Source of the DNA: the human T2T-CHM13v2.0 reference genome, Homo sapiens
Assembly: GCF_009914755.1 (NCBI RefSeq)
Contig: NC_060943.1
Direction: 5' to 3' (one strand)
Length of the DNA stretch: 64,000 nucleotides
Shown: piece after piece, positions 36,542 to 54,419 of the stretch
Numbering within the stretch: position 1 is the first letter of the stretch
Layout: the number at the start of each line of letters is the position of its first letter
Position numbers and translations under genes: made by a program
Notes under the pieces: model-generated
Told to the model about the DNA's origin: nothing
Databases searched by the model: none
The model's input: the letters and a program-made list of their open reading frames with translations, nothing else

Positions 36542-37981
36542 CTATGGTAAATAAAAACTAAATATAAAATAAAGAGGCAAACACTGGGATAAAACCATTG
36601 AACAATATAAGTGATAAGAATCTAATGTGCACCTCCACCAAAAAAAAAGAAACGCAGAACAGAGGCCGGGCACAGTGGCTCACACCTGTAATCCCAGAAC
36701 TTTGCGAGGCTGAGGCCGAGTCAGGAGGATCACTTGAGCCCAGGAGTTGAAGACCAGCCTGGGCAACATAGCAAGTCTTTATAAAAATGTCTTTATAAAA
36801 ATTAGCTGGGTGTGATGGCTGATGCCTGTTGTCTCAGCTACTCAGGAGGCTGAGGCAGGAGAATTGCTTGAACCCGGGAGGTCAAGGCTGCAGTGAGCCA
36901 TGATTGTACCACTGCACTCCAGCTCGGGTGACAGAGCGAGACCCTGTCTCAAAAAAACAAACAAAAAGCACAGGCACACAGGCACACAAGGAAAATCTGT
37001 TTGAATGTAACACAAATGAGTTTGACATCACTAGTTAAAAGCAAAGATCCTAGGTTCAAATCCCACCAGCTATGTGACCCTGGACAAGATATTTGATGTC
37101 TCTGACCCTCAGTTTCTTCAACCATAAAAGGGGATTGATAATAATAGCACCTACTGCACAGGTTACTATGAAGATTAAATGAGTTTGAAGAGTGCTTGGC
37201 ACATAGTAAGTGCTCAATAAATGTTAGTGACCACATTATTTATCATCACCATTATCAGCCTCCCTTGTCCTAGCCCTGCTCACCTGAGCTATCACTGTCT
37301 AAGAATGGGGCTGTATTGGTCATCCCTGTGTCCTCAACACTGACCAGCAAGGGACCAAGCACAGAGCAGGGACTAGGGAGTGTTTGTTGACCAACTGAAT
37401 GAATGAATGAGAGAAAAAGGGCTGCTTGCCCGTTTTTTCTATTGTTTGGTTTTGAGACACGGTCTCGCTCTGTCACCCAGGCTGGAGTGCAGTGGCACGG
37501 TCATAGCTCACTGCAGCCTCAACCACCTAGGTTCAAGAGAGCCTCTCCACTCCCTTCCTCCCAAGCAGCTAGGACTACAGACATGTGCTACCAGGCACCA
37601 CATCCAGCTAGGTTTTCTATTTTTTTTTTTACTTTTTGTAGAGGTGGGATCTCACTATGTCGCCTAGGCTGGTCTCCAACTCCTGGCTTCAAGCGATCCT
37701 CTTGCCTTGGCCTCCCAAAGCGCTGGGATTACGGGCATGAGCCAGCCTGTTTTTGAGATGGGCTCTTGCTATGTTGCCCAGGCTGGCTCAAACTCCTGGG
37801 CTTAAGCAATCCTCTGGCCTTAGCTTCCTGAGTAGCTGGGATTACAGGTGTACCCCACCATGCCTGACTCCCCTTTTTTCTAGATGAGTCAAGTCAGGTC
37901 CAGGGAGCCTGACTGATCATTTATTTTTTATAATAAAAATAGCTATCATTACCGCTAGTCTATTTTTTTCTATTATTATGA

Positions 37982-38316
<335 letters not shown>

Positions 38317-38363
38317 TAATTGTTATTGTCACTATTATTTTTCTTTTTTCTTTCTTTCTTTTT

Positions 38364-38892
<529 letters not shown>

Positions 38893-39102
38893 TAGCCAGG
38901 ATGGTTTCGATCTCCTGACCTCGTGGGCCTCCCAAAGTGCTGGGATTACGGGTGTGAGCCACTGCGCCCAGCCTGATGATGGTTTCTGTTATCTGCTATT
39001 GTGACTCCCCCAAGTGTCTGCTTGACCCCCTAGGCATACAGGGCCTCTCCAAGCTGACACCTGATGGGGAGGGGCGGGTGGCAGCGGGCAGGGCAGACGC
39101 AC

Positions 39103-39264
39103 CTGGGTGATGAGGAACTTGGTGAGGCGCTCAGGCAGCCGGCCCTTCTCACTGGACAGGATCATCTCCAACATGTCCCCATGCAGCTTCTCCATCACCA
39201 CAAACACTTTCTCAGGCGTCTCGAACATGCACTCCAGGTTCACGATCCCGGGATGCCGCAGGCT
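39103..39264 (-). CDS. PRKD2: PRKD2 exon 14 (kinase hinge)
   Basis: [54 protein letters not shown]; 162 nt. Confidence 0.97.
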
Positions 39265-39333
39265 CTGCAGGGTGGGGAGCGGGGTCAGGGCCCAGGTAAC
39301 CCACAAACTCAGACCCCAACGGGTCAGGTATAG

Positions 39334-39624
<291 letters not shown>

Positions 39625-40105
39625 TGAAATTCTGGTGGAGGCCCAGGGTTGCAGGAGGGAGGAGGGGGAGCTTGGAGAAATGGGGAGAGCTCTGCACATC
39701 TGTATCTTTTAAATCCATACCCCCTCTCACATTCTCCAGTCCTATCCTGGCCTAACCCCTCTCTCCCACCCAGATCCCCACTCAGCCTCCTGGCTACAAT
39801 CACTTCCCTTTCCACCCACCCTCCAGATGGCAGCCTGCGGGATTTTCCTAACGTACACACCTGATCCTGCCCCTCCCTTGCTCAAAAGCCTTCTGTGGCT
39901 CTCCAGTACCCTCAGGAGAAAGTCCAAAGGGTCTGGCTCCGCCCTCCTCCCTGGCCTCATCTCCCAGTACCTCCTTTCTAGAAAACCTCATGCTCCCTCT
40001 CACCAGGTCTTTGTACAGGCTGGTCCCTCTGCTAAGAACACCTTCTCCCCTTCAGTCTCAACATGCACATGCCCTCCCCCAGGAAGCCTTCCCTGACCAC
40101 CCCTA

Positions 40106-40651
<546 letters not shown>

Positions 40652-40687
40652 TTAGAGTGTAGAAGTTACCCTCCCTGTCCTATTGAA

Positions 40688-41210
40688 CTCTAGGATCTAG
40701 CTCTGTGGCAAATCAAAGTGTAAAATTTACCACCCGCCCCATACAATCAGAATCTAGGATTTAGCCTGTGGCCAATCAGAATGCAGAATCTACCCTCCAA
40801 TCCAATCAGAATCTAGGATCTAGACCTGTGGCCAATCAGAATGCAGAATCTACCCTCCTATTCAATCAGAATCTAGGATCTAGCTCTGTGGCCAGAGTGC
40901 AGAATCTACCCTCTTTTCCAATCAGAATCTAGGAACTAGTTCTGTGGCCAATATGAATGCAGAATCTACTCTATCCAATCAGAATCTAGGTTCTAGCTCT
41001 GTGGTCAATCAGAGTGCAGAATCTACCTTCCCTATCCAATCAAAATCTACCTCTGTGACCAATCAGAGTGCCGAATTTACCCTTCCTATTAATAACAGGA
41101 GGAATGTCCATTGGTTTTTCCCAATGAGAAAAGGAGAACCTGCAATCAGTCCACCCAGGATCTAGCTAAGCCAATCAACATGGGAGGTGAGCATGTGACC
41201 AATCAGAAAG
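40688..41210 (+). repeat. ~60-bp degenerate tandem repeat rich in CCAATCAG
   Basis: Unit caatcagaatctaggatctagctctgtggccaatcagaatgcagaatctaccctcc, ~6 copies then decay; PRKD2 intron 12. Confidence 0.92.
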
Positions 41211-41300
41211 GAAGGGTTGGAGCCAGAAAGAAAGGGCTGGAGCCACAGCAGCTTCCCCCAGCCCGGGGCTCCCTCTGGGTTAGCTCTGAAGTGTCCTCAC

Positions 41301-41373
41301 CTCCATAGACCACTCCAAACTGCCCTGAGCCCAGCACTTCGTCAGGGAAGATCTGGTAGACAGTGGCAATGTC
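41301..41373 (-). CDS. PRKD2: PRKD2 exon 12 (kinase Gly-rich loop)
   Basis: [24 protein letters not shown]; 73 nt. Confidence 0.97.
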
Positions 41374-41498
41374 CTACAGGGTGAAGACAGGGCAGGTCAG
41401 GGGTGCAAATGGAAATGGGGAAGGGGGAGTCAAGGAGACGAGAGAGCTGAGGAGGGTTTGTGGGAGGGGAGGGCATCAGGTGGGGGCAGGAGTCTCAC

Positions 41499-41551
41499 CA
41501 CATTCTCTTGGATCTGACTGTTGGACACAGAGATGCTCAGAGAAGCTTGTC
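41499..41551 (-). CDS. PRKD2: PRKD2 exon 11
   Basis: (R)QASLSISVSNSQIQENV; 53 nt; tag| and |gtgaga. Confidence 0.95.
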
Positions 41552-43169
41552 CTAGGGAGAGGGGAGAGACAGAGGTGAGGGGACTCCAGGCTCAGGATTA
41601 TCTCCACCCATACCTGCAAAAGCAGACTTGGGAGTCAGGCCACCCAGATTTGAATCCAATGTTCGATACAATGTGCAACTTCAGGCTGGTGACTTGTCCA
41701 CTACGAACCTCAGTTTCCTCATCTAGAAAATGGGAATAATAAAAGGACCTCCCTCATAGAGCCACCAGGAGGAGTAAATGAGATGTGCTGAGTGGCTAAA
41801 GGAGTGATGTTACAGATGATTTTGCTGAGCATTTTACCCCAGGATCTCAGCACCAGGGGAGGCAGACTGACCCCATTGTACAGAGAAGGAAACTGAGTCT
41901 TGGAGGGAAAGCCCAGACTGACTCCTGCATCTTCCCTTGAACTTTTCCCCCTACAAACCCAACCAGAGCCAGACATTTCTAAAGTCCGATCCTTCTGCCA
42001 TTTGAATGTCTCTCTCTTCCACCAGTCTAGGCCCCTGCTCGCCCCCCAACTCTGGGTCCTCACCCCACAGCCCCTTCCCTGGTCTCCTTGCCCCAATCCT
42101 GCCCCTTCCTACTCACCTCCCACAGAGAAACCAGAGGGATCTTACTGAGGCACAAGACTGACCCTGTCCCTCCTCTGCTCACAACTCTGCCATGGCTCCC
42201 CAGTGCCCTCAGGAAGAAGCCTGAGCCCCTTAAATGGCCTAAAAGCCATGGCCTAGACCCTCATCTACCTCTGACTTCTACCCCCAACATGCTATTCCTG
42301 ACACACTGGCCTCCTTGCTCGGCCTCAAATACAGCAAACTCTCTTCTGCCTTCTGGTCTCTGCATATGCTGTTTCCCCTGCCAGGAATACTCTTTCCTTC
42401 ATCCTAGACTTAGCTAAATCCTCCTCATCCTCAAGTGTAAGCTCAAATGTCACTCCTAGGACCAAGTTGGATTACTCTCGCAAATGCTCTGCATCACACT
42501 CGTTGCTTGTATGGGTTAATGATCAATGTCTGTCACCCACACTGGATTATAAGCTCCAGAGGGTGGGAACCTGGTACTCTCTCAACATTTTTTGCCTCTG
42601 CCTAAAATGACCTCCCATTTTCTTTCCCACATCTCACCCTGCCTCGGCCTCCAGATCTCAGTTCAGATGTCACCTCCTCCAGGAAGCCCCCCTATATACC
42701 CAGATTGGGTCAGGTACCCCTCTGGGCTCCTCCAGCTCCCTAGCTTCCTTGTCCCAACCCTGCCCACCCTGGACTGTCACTCTCTGAAGATGGGTATTCT
42801 GCCCTACTGGACTCTGAGCCCCATGAGGGCAGGTCTTGGGCTGTCCTGGCCACCACTGGGTCCCCAGCACTGTCCCGCACAGAGGAGGCACTCAGTAAGT
42901 GCATGAGGACTTATCAGCACCTGGGACAAGGCTCATGGAGGGGAAGTGATATGCCCAGGGCCACATATCAGGCCAGGAGCTTAACAGAGATTTGTTGTGG
43001 ATTTTTGTTGTTGTTGTTTTTTCTGTTTTGGAGACAGAGTCTTGCTCTGTCACCCAGACTGGAGTGCAGTGATGCAATCATGACTCACTACTCCCAGGCT
43101 CAAGCAATTCTCCTGCCTCAGCCTTCCAAGTACCTGGAACTACAGGTGTGCACCACCACACCTGGCTAA

Positions 43170-43289
<120 letters not shown>

Positions 43290-43440
43290 TAACAGAGTTT
43301 GAACCCAGGCCTGCTGAGTCCAGAAGCTGCGTTCTCAACCCCACCATTGCCCACTTTCCTCTTTGGCCCTTCCATTCCCCAGAACCGTGCCCCACCCATC
43401 TAGATCTATTCTCTCAAGGACCCGAGGTGGGAGGACTTAC

Positions 43441-43699
43441 TGTGGGGCGCGTGGCCTGGGGCGCTGGGTGCGTCCTGAAGGATGACGGGCATCAGGGCCT
43501 GGCGGATGGCTGTCTCCCAGCCCCGGGCGGCCTCAGCCCCCTGCCCACTTGGCCCACCCGGAGTCCCGCCAGGCATCTCGCCCACGAAGTAGGTGGCATT
43601 GGCAGTGACGATCTCAAAGCAGTGTGGGTTGGTGCCCGGCGGCACAAGGCTGAAGTTCTGGGCGGACTCCACCGTGAGGATTTCTGACAGCGGAATTTC
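43441..43699 (-). CDS. PRKD2: PRKD2 exon 10 (PH end)
   Basis: [41 protein letters not shown]...[26 protein letters not shown]; 259 nt. Confidence 0.97.
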
Positions 43700-43853
43700 C
43701 TGCAGGACGTGGAACCAGCACAGGTGAGGATGCCAGGCAGACCTTGGAATTCTAGTGCTTACCCAGAAGGATACACGGGATCCATGTTGATAGGGATGGG
43801 CCTGGTTTGCACAGTGGTCAGACAAGTTCCCAGTAATTCTAAGCCTGTTCTCA

Positions 43854-44283
<430 letters not shown>

Positions 44284-44938
44284 CTATGCTCAAAAGCCAA
44301 GCTGTATCCCCATCACATGGGCGGTGCCTGGACATAGTAAAAGCTTGATAAACATTTGATGGCCGGATGTGGTGGCTCGTGCCTGTACTCCCAGCACTTT
44401 GGGAGGCCGAGGTGGGCAGATGGCCCAGGAGTTCAAGACCAGCCTGGGCAACACAGTGAGACCCCAGCTCTACAAAAAATTTAAAAATTAGGCATGGTGC
44501 CACAAGCCTGTAATCCCAGCACTTTGGGAGGCCAAGGCAGGCAGATCGCTGGAGCCCAGGAGTTTGAGACCAGCCAGAGCAACACAATGAGACCCCCATC
44601 TCTACAAAAAATAAAAAAACTAGCCAGGTGTGGTGGTGCGCACCTGTAATCCCAGCTACTGTGGAGGTGGGAGAATCATTTGAGCCAGGGAGGCAGAGGT
44701 TACAGTGAGCCATGATCATGCCACTGCACCTGGGAGACAGGGCAAGAGCCTGTCTCAAAATAAATAAATGGGCTGGGCATGGTGGCTCATGCCTGTAATC
44801 CCAACACTTTGGGAGGCCAAGGCAGGCGGATCACAAAGTCAGGAGTTCGAGACCCGCCTGACCAACATGGTGAAAGCCCATCTCTACTAAAAATACAAAA
44901 ATTAGCCAGGCGTGGTGGCACACCTATAATCCTAGCTA

Positions 44939-45046
<108 letters not shown>

Positions 45047-45387
45047 TCAAAAATAAACGTTTGATAATAAATGGAGGAAATGAGGCCACACAGGGCTTTG
45101 CGGGCCACAAGGAAGAGCCTGGGCTTTGTCCAAGGGCCCTAGGAAGCCACTGAAGGCTTTTGAGCATCATCCGCTTGTGTGCGGAGGGCAGATGGAATAG
45201 AATGAGATGGAGACAGAGAACCAGGAAGGAGGCTGAGGGGACCCAGGCGGGACAGAAGGCACAGGGACTATGGGGTGGGAAACGTGTCAAAAGAGGAAGG
45301 AGGGAGGTAGGAGAGAGGAAAGAATGAATGACTTAGGCAGCCCATAAAACCAGGTGATGACATGGACACGTCGGGGGGGCATGGTGA

Positions 45388-45717
<330 letters not shown>

Positions 45718-46106
45718 TAGATGGTGTGGTCTGAGCAAAATGGGAAGATGATAAGGAACCAGCCATGGAAAGTTCAAGGAAGACGCTCCAGGGCAGGTAA
45801 CAGCTGGAGTCCAGGTTTTATTACTCTAAGACAATGGGAGCCACTGGGGGGTTTGACGGTTTTAATGAAGACTCCCCTGGCTGTGGGGGAAATGACAGAG
45901 GTTGTGAGGTCAGAAGCAAGGACCCTGCAAGGAGAAGGCTGAAACCATCCAGGTGGAAGACAGTGGCTGGGACACAGTGTGGGCATGGGAGGTGGTGACG
46001 AATACGCACACAATGCAATACATTAATTATAAAGAAATAGTGAGGCCGGGTGCGGTGGCTCATGCCTGTAATCCCAGCACTTTGGGAGGCCGAGGGGGGC
46101 AGATCA

Positions 46107-46382
<276 letters not shown>

Positions 46383-46722
46383 TTAATATATACCACGCCT
46401 TAAGCCAATTGGTTTAGTGGATTGGCTCTTTGAATTCTCGCACCAGCCCTGAGGTGAGTATTAGCATTTGAGGCATTTTGCAGGTGAGAAGCGTGAGGCA
46501 CTGAGAAGTAAGGGAACCTGCCCGGAGTCCCCCTGGCTGGAAAGTGGTGGGGCCAGAATCGGATGGGCAGCACTTGCTGATGAGCTGGAAGCAGGGAGGC
46601 TGGGGGTGGGCAGAGGGTGTGATTTGCAGGATCTGTCTGGAGTAACTGGGGGTAGGAGGAGGTGTGGGAAAGTTTGTGGGCACAGCGGGAAGTCCGAGGG
46701 AGCTGAAAGCCCGGAGGCTTAC

Positions 46723-46800
46723 CTTATAGTATCTGTTGGTCGTGTTGTTCTGGAAGAGCGTGATACACTTGCAGTCCAGGCGCCAATAGTGCCGCTTTCT
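46723..46800 (-). CDS. PRKD2: PRKD2 exon 9 (PH)
   Basis: [26 protein letters not shown]; 78 nt. Confidence 0.97.
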
Positions 46801-47298
46801 CTGCAGAGATGTTTGAAGAGTCACGTGAACCGCCAGACTTTCCTGCCCAGTCCCTATCCCGTGGAGCTGCTTGGGGCTCCAGGTGCCTGGAGCACCACGT
46901 GCACGCCGTAACTCTAGCACCTACCCTACGCCGTAACCCCACCCCACCACACGCCCTAACCCCAGCCCCGCCCCTAGCCTTAACCCTAGCCCAGCCCCCA
47001 CGCCCTAACCCCAGACTCGCCCCCACTTAGCCCTCTTCCTCCAGCCAAGCTCCTCCCCTAACTCTAGCCCCGCCCCTGACCTTGCCCTGAGCCCCGGGTC
47101 TTCCCTAACTCCTGCCCGTAGTCCCACCCTTACAGCCCACACTTCTAATTCTAGCCCCGCCTCCAGCACGGCCCAGCCCACTACTGGCCCCGCTCGCGCC
47201 TAGCTCCAGCCCCACCCACCTAGCCCCGCCTACTCAAGCTGAGCCGCCCCTCTTCCAGCCTTCGCTCCGCCGTACCCGGCCCCGCCCCGGCCACTCAC

Positions 47299-47713
<415 letters not shown>

Positions 47714-49640
47714 TGACCATTAGGTGCACGCCACCACCCCTGGCTAATTTTTGTATTTTTAGTAGTGATGAGGTTTCACCATGTTGGCCAGGCTGGTCTC
47801 GAACTCTTTGCCTCAACTCCTTCCCTAACTCCTGCCCCTAGTCCCACCCTTAGAATCCGTTCACGAGATCCATCCGCCTCGGCCTCCCAGAGTGCTTACA
47901 GGTGTGAGCCACCACGCTGGCCCAGAAGGAGATTCTTGAGAGGGCTTCTGTAGTAGGCCTTTCTGAAGTCAGGCTGCCTAGCAAATTACCTAACCTCTTC
48001 ATGCCTCAGTTTGTCCACCCAAAGGGGATGCTATGAGGAATGGAAACCTTTCTACGGAGCTTAGTACAGTGCCTGGCATACAGAGGACCTCCAGTAAGTG
48101 CTAATTGGTATTTAGTCCAGCAATTGTGGAGCCAGCTGTGTGACACTGGGTAAGTGATTCAACCTCTCTGGGCCTCACCTCCCTCATTTGTGCAGATGCT
48201 GTTAGTACAGTAAGGAAGGTCTACAGAGATTAAGTGGCCTGCTGGGCATGGTGGCTCATGCCTGTAATCCCAACACTTTGGGAGGCAGAAGTGGGGGGAT
48301 CACTTGAGGTCAGGAGTTTGAGATTTGAGAGATTAAGTGACTTGCTCAACTCTGGAACCAACAATCTCTGGATCCCTGTGCTAGATCAGAACCTGGGTGG
48401 CCTTGATCACATCTCTTTGCCTGAGACTCAGTTTCCCCATCTGTGAAATGGGCTGCCTCTCCCCACACCCGCCACCCCCAATCCCTCAAGGTCCAACTCT
48501 TGACAGTGTATGACGGTGTTACTAGGCATTCCCAGGAAAGACGTGGGAGAAAGGGAACCTGCGGCTTCAGGCTGCTTGGGTTGGGAGGCACCGCAGGAAA
48601 CACTCTGTCGTCACTGTGACTGGCTTACCCATCCCCTTTCTGTCCAACCCTCTTCCCCTCGCCCTCCCTGCTGCAGCTACATGGGTCTCTTTGCTGTCCC
48701 TGGAACACGGTGCCTCCACCCCAGGGCCTTTGCACTCGCTGTTGCCTCTGCCTGGAAGCCTTTTCCCCCAGAGCCCCACAAGGCTCCTTCCCTCCCCTCC
48801 CTTCAACTGCCACTTCCTCAGCGAGGTCTCCTTGAAGGACCCTAAGATAGCATGTCCCCCATTCTCCATCTCCTCTTGTTTTTATCACCATTACCAATAC
48901 CCGATGCTATGGATGCATTTATTAGCTGTCTCCCCACTGAGGCAGTCAGCTCCAGAAGGGCAGACTTTTACCTCTTTTGTTCATAGCTGTGTGCTTGAAC
49001 ACAGCAGGTGCTCATTAAATATTTTCCAGTGCACCTGTGAGGGTGCCCCCTTACCCCTACCCCAGGTTTATCACCCCGTGGGGTAGGTACCTCATCGCCC
49101 CAGGAGGAAACCGTGGCACACAGGGAAGCGCCTAGCAAGTGAAGTGGTAGAGCTGGGATCTGGGCTGTCACCCTCCAGCGCCTGTGTGAACTGTGCTTTC
49201 TCAATAAACATTCACGCCACACCCAGATAGGAAGTGCCTGATCTGAGCCAGTCCTGTCCTAGGCACCTGGGAGGGCAGAAAATATCCTTGCCCTCATGCA
49301 CCTGAGCTCACATTCCAGTGGAGCTGACTAAGTATGAACTCCGTGTATAGTTTAAAAATGTGTAGGCTGGGGGCACAGTGGCACACACCTGTAATCCCAG
49401 AACTTTGGGAGGCTGAGGTGGGAGGATTGCTTGAGCGCAGAAGTTCAAGACCACCCTGGGCAACATAGCAAGACCCCCTATCTTAAAAAAAAAAAAAAAA
49501 AAAAAAGAAGAGGAATATAGGTCAGGCGCGGTGGCTCATGCCTGTAATCCCAGCACTTTGGGAGGCCGAGGCAGGTGGATTACCTGAGGTTGGGAGTTCA
49601 AGACCAGCCTGACCAACATGGCAAAACCCTGTCTCTACTA

Positions 49641-49988
<348 letters not shown>

Positions 49989-50366
49989 TCAGGAGTTCAA
50001 GACCAGCCTGGGCAACATAGGGTAGACCCTGTCTCTACAGAAATACAAAAATTAGCTGGGTGTGGTGGACGAGCCTGTGGTCCCAGCTACTCGAGAGGCT
50101 AAGGTGGCAGGATCGCTTGAGCCCAGGTGGTCGAGGCTGCAGTGAGTCAAGACTGCACCACTGCACCAGCCTGGGCGACAGACCGAGACCCTGTCTCAAA
50201 CAAAAAATTATTTAAAAAAAATTGTAGTGCTTTAAAAGGTTTGCCTCAGGAACTGGGAAAATTTATAAATATGAGGTGATGTCAGCCCATTGTAGAGAAA
50301 AAGAAATTGAGGTTCACTGTGCAGGAGGGTCTTCCCCCAGGGTCTCTTGGAGGGTTCTGTGTATAC

Positions 50367-50520
50367 CTCTGGGCCTTGCCTCCCTCGCCTTCCTCCTCCT
50401 CACTGGCGTGGAGCGCATTCTCTGAGTGGGAGCCAGGGATGACACCGGAGTCCTCTGACTCATCCATGAGGGCGCTCTTGTCAGCCTCGCTGAAATCGGT
50501 GGCCTCCTCCATCGGCACAT
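50367..50520 (-). CDS. PRKD2: PRKD2 exon 7 (acidic region)
   Basis: (D)VPMEEATDFSEADKSALMDESEDSGVIPGSHSENALHASEEEEGEGGKAQ; 154 nt. Confidence 0.96.
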
Positions 50521-50602
50521 CTGTGGGGACGGAGGCATCAGAGGGGTCTCCACCCAGTCCTGCCCCTTCCCCTTTCTCCCCAGCATCCCCCCAGCCTCTC
50601 AC

Positions 50603-50680
50603 CTCCATTGATAAGGGCCTCCCCCAGGCAGTCATTAGGGACGCGGGTGGCGCAGCGTTTGTGACAGTTAAACTTGCAGT
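50603..50680 (-). CDS. PRKD2: PRKD2 exon 6 (C1b end)
   Basis: (D)[25 protein letters not shown]; 78 nt; AG/GT. Confidence 0.96.
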
Positions 50681-51289
50681 CTGGTAGGACAGGGAACAAG
50701 GGAACGGGTGAGAAGGGGAAGAGAGGTTACCTGGAAGGCTTGAACCTTGACCCTAAGCCTCAGGCTCAAAAGAGTCTACTCTTGCTGTCTGGGTAAGAAC
50801 ACTGGCTGCTGCTGCCCTGGTCATTTTCCCACTTTCAGCCACAGTTTTCCCAACCATCGGGGGGGTCTTGATTAAGTAGGAGGGCTAGACTCAAAATCCC
50901 GACGACTGCTGGGTGCAGTGGCTCCCGCCTGTAATCTCGGTATTTTGGGAGGCCGGGGAGAGCAGATCATTTGAGGTCAGGAGTTCGAAACCAGCCTGCC
51001 CTACATGGTAAAACCTCGTCTCTACTAAAAATACAAAAATTAGCTGGGCGTGGGACTACAGGCGCCCACTACCACGCCCAGCTGATTTTTTTGTGTTTTT
51101 AGTAGAGACGGGGTTTCGCCATGTTGGTCAGGCTGGTTTCGCGCTCCTGACCTCAGATGATCCACCTGCCTTGGCCTCCTAAAAGTGCTGGGATTACAGG
51201 CGTGAGCCACCGCGCCCGACTTGTGTGTGTGTGTGTGTGTGTGTGTTATTGGTTCTAATGTGCTGTGACTCCAGACTCTGAACACCCTA

Positions 51290-51503
51290 GGGCTGGGTTC
51301 CTCAACCCGTGACACTAACACAGTGCCCAGGATAATTCCTTGTTTTAGGGCACTTGCTCTGTGTATTGTAGGATGTTTAGCTGCATCTCTGACTTCTACC
51401 TACTGGATGCCAGTAGCACTATCCCAGCGTACCAAACAAAACCATCTCCAACCCTTGCCAAACATCCCCTAGGAGCAAAACGGCCCCTGGTCGAGAACCA
51501 TTG
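51290..51503. mobile_element. MER20 (hAT-Charlie) DNA transposon fossil
   Basis: ttgtaggatgtttagctgcatctctgacttctacctactggatgccagtagcac...gagaaccattg. Confidence 0.8.
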
Positions 51504-51504
51504 C

Positions 51505-53625
<2,121 letters not shown>

Positions 53626-53749
53626 AGGGCCCTCCCCTTCTGAGGCCCTGGGGTCCCAAGGCTCAGATCCTTGTGTCCTGCCACAAGACCAGGTTGGGGC
53701 GGGAAGGAGGTTCTGACCCTGTCTGTCCTCCCCGACAGGCCCAGCTAAC

Positions 53750-53972
53750 CTTTGCATTGCAGGCCCTGCCGGAAGAGGCCCTTGAGGAGTTTCTTGCAAG
53801 CCTGGCAAACGGTGGGCCGTGTATAGCTGTGGATGAGGAAGGTGTGCGGCACCTTGACCTTGGAGAGCAGCATCTTGTCCAGCTCAATGGGGCGGCCCGT
53901 ATACGATGAGGCAGAAGAGGAGGAAGAGGATGACGGGGGACGGCGAGGCAGGAGTTCGGTGGTGCTACGGCT
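53750..53972 (-). CDS. PRKD2: PRKD2 exon 5 (Ser-rich linker, C1b start)
   Basis: [73 protein letters not shown]; 223 nt. Confidence 0.96.
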
Positions 53973-54075
53973 CTGTCATTGGCAAGAATGGAGGGGACAC
54001 ATCAGTGCGTTGGCCCCATGCCTGGGCCAAGTCACCCCCCTAGCCACCAACCCGTCCCATCCCCCATCTCCTCAC

Positions 54076-54230
54076 CAGCTCTTCAGCCGTGCAGGGCAGG
54101 GACTCGGAGGTGCCGAGGCGCACCGAGTGGCCACTGGCCAGAGACGTGGATGACAGGCGCCGTTTGCGGGCCCCACTACAGTTGTTGGGGATGCTGAAGG
54201 CACAGCGCTTGTGGTAGTTCAGCCCGCAGC
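54076..54230 (-). CDS. PRKD2: PRKD2 exon 4 (C1a end)
   Basis: CGLNYHKRCAFSIPNNCSGARKRRLSSTSLASGHSVRLGTSESLPCTAEEL; 155 nt. Confidence 0.97.
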
Positions 54231-54419
54231 CTGCAGGGGGCGCCAGAGAGTAAGAGACATGGCGTCTGCCCCTCCTAGGTCTCTTCTTGAGAAGTTGTGC
54301 CCTTTCCACCCAATCTCTCACCTGGTCCTGTCCCATCACCCCCCGCCAGCACGATCTCCTCCAAAAGGCACTACTATCCGTAAGTGTATCAGCCCCTTCA
54401 GGCCCACCCCTCCTTAGAG

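Noticed and set aside
40688-41210. CRISPR-like appearance of the regularly spaced repeat
   Set aside because: Eukaryotic intron, the intervening segments are themselves repeated rather than unique spacers, and there are no cas genes
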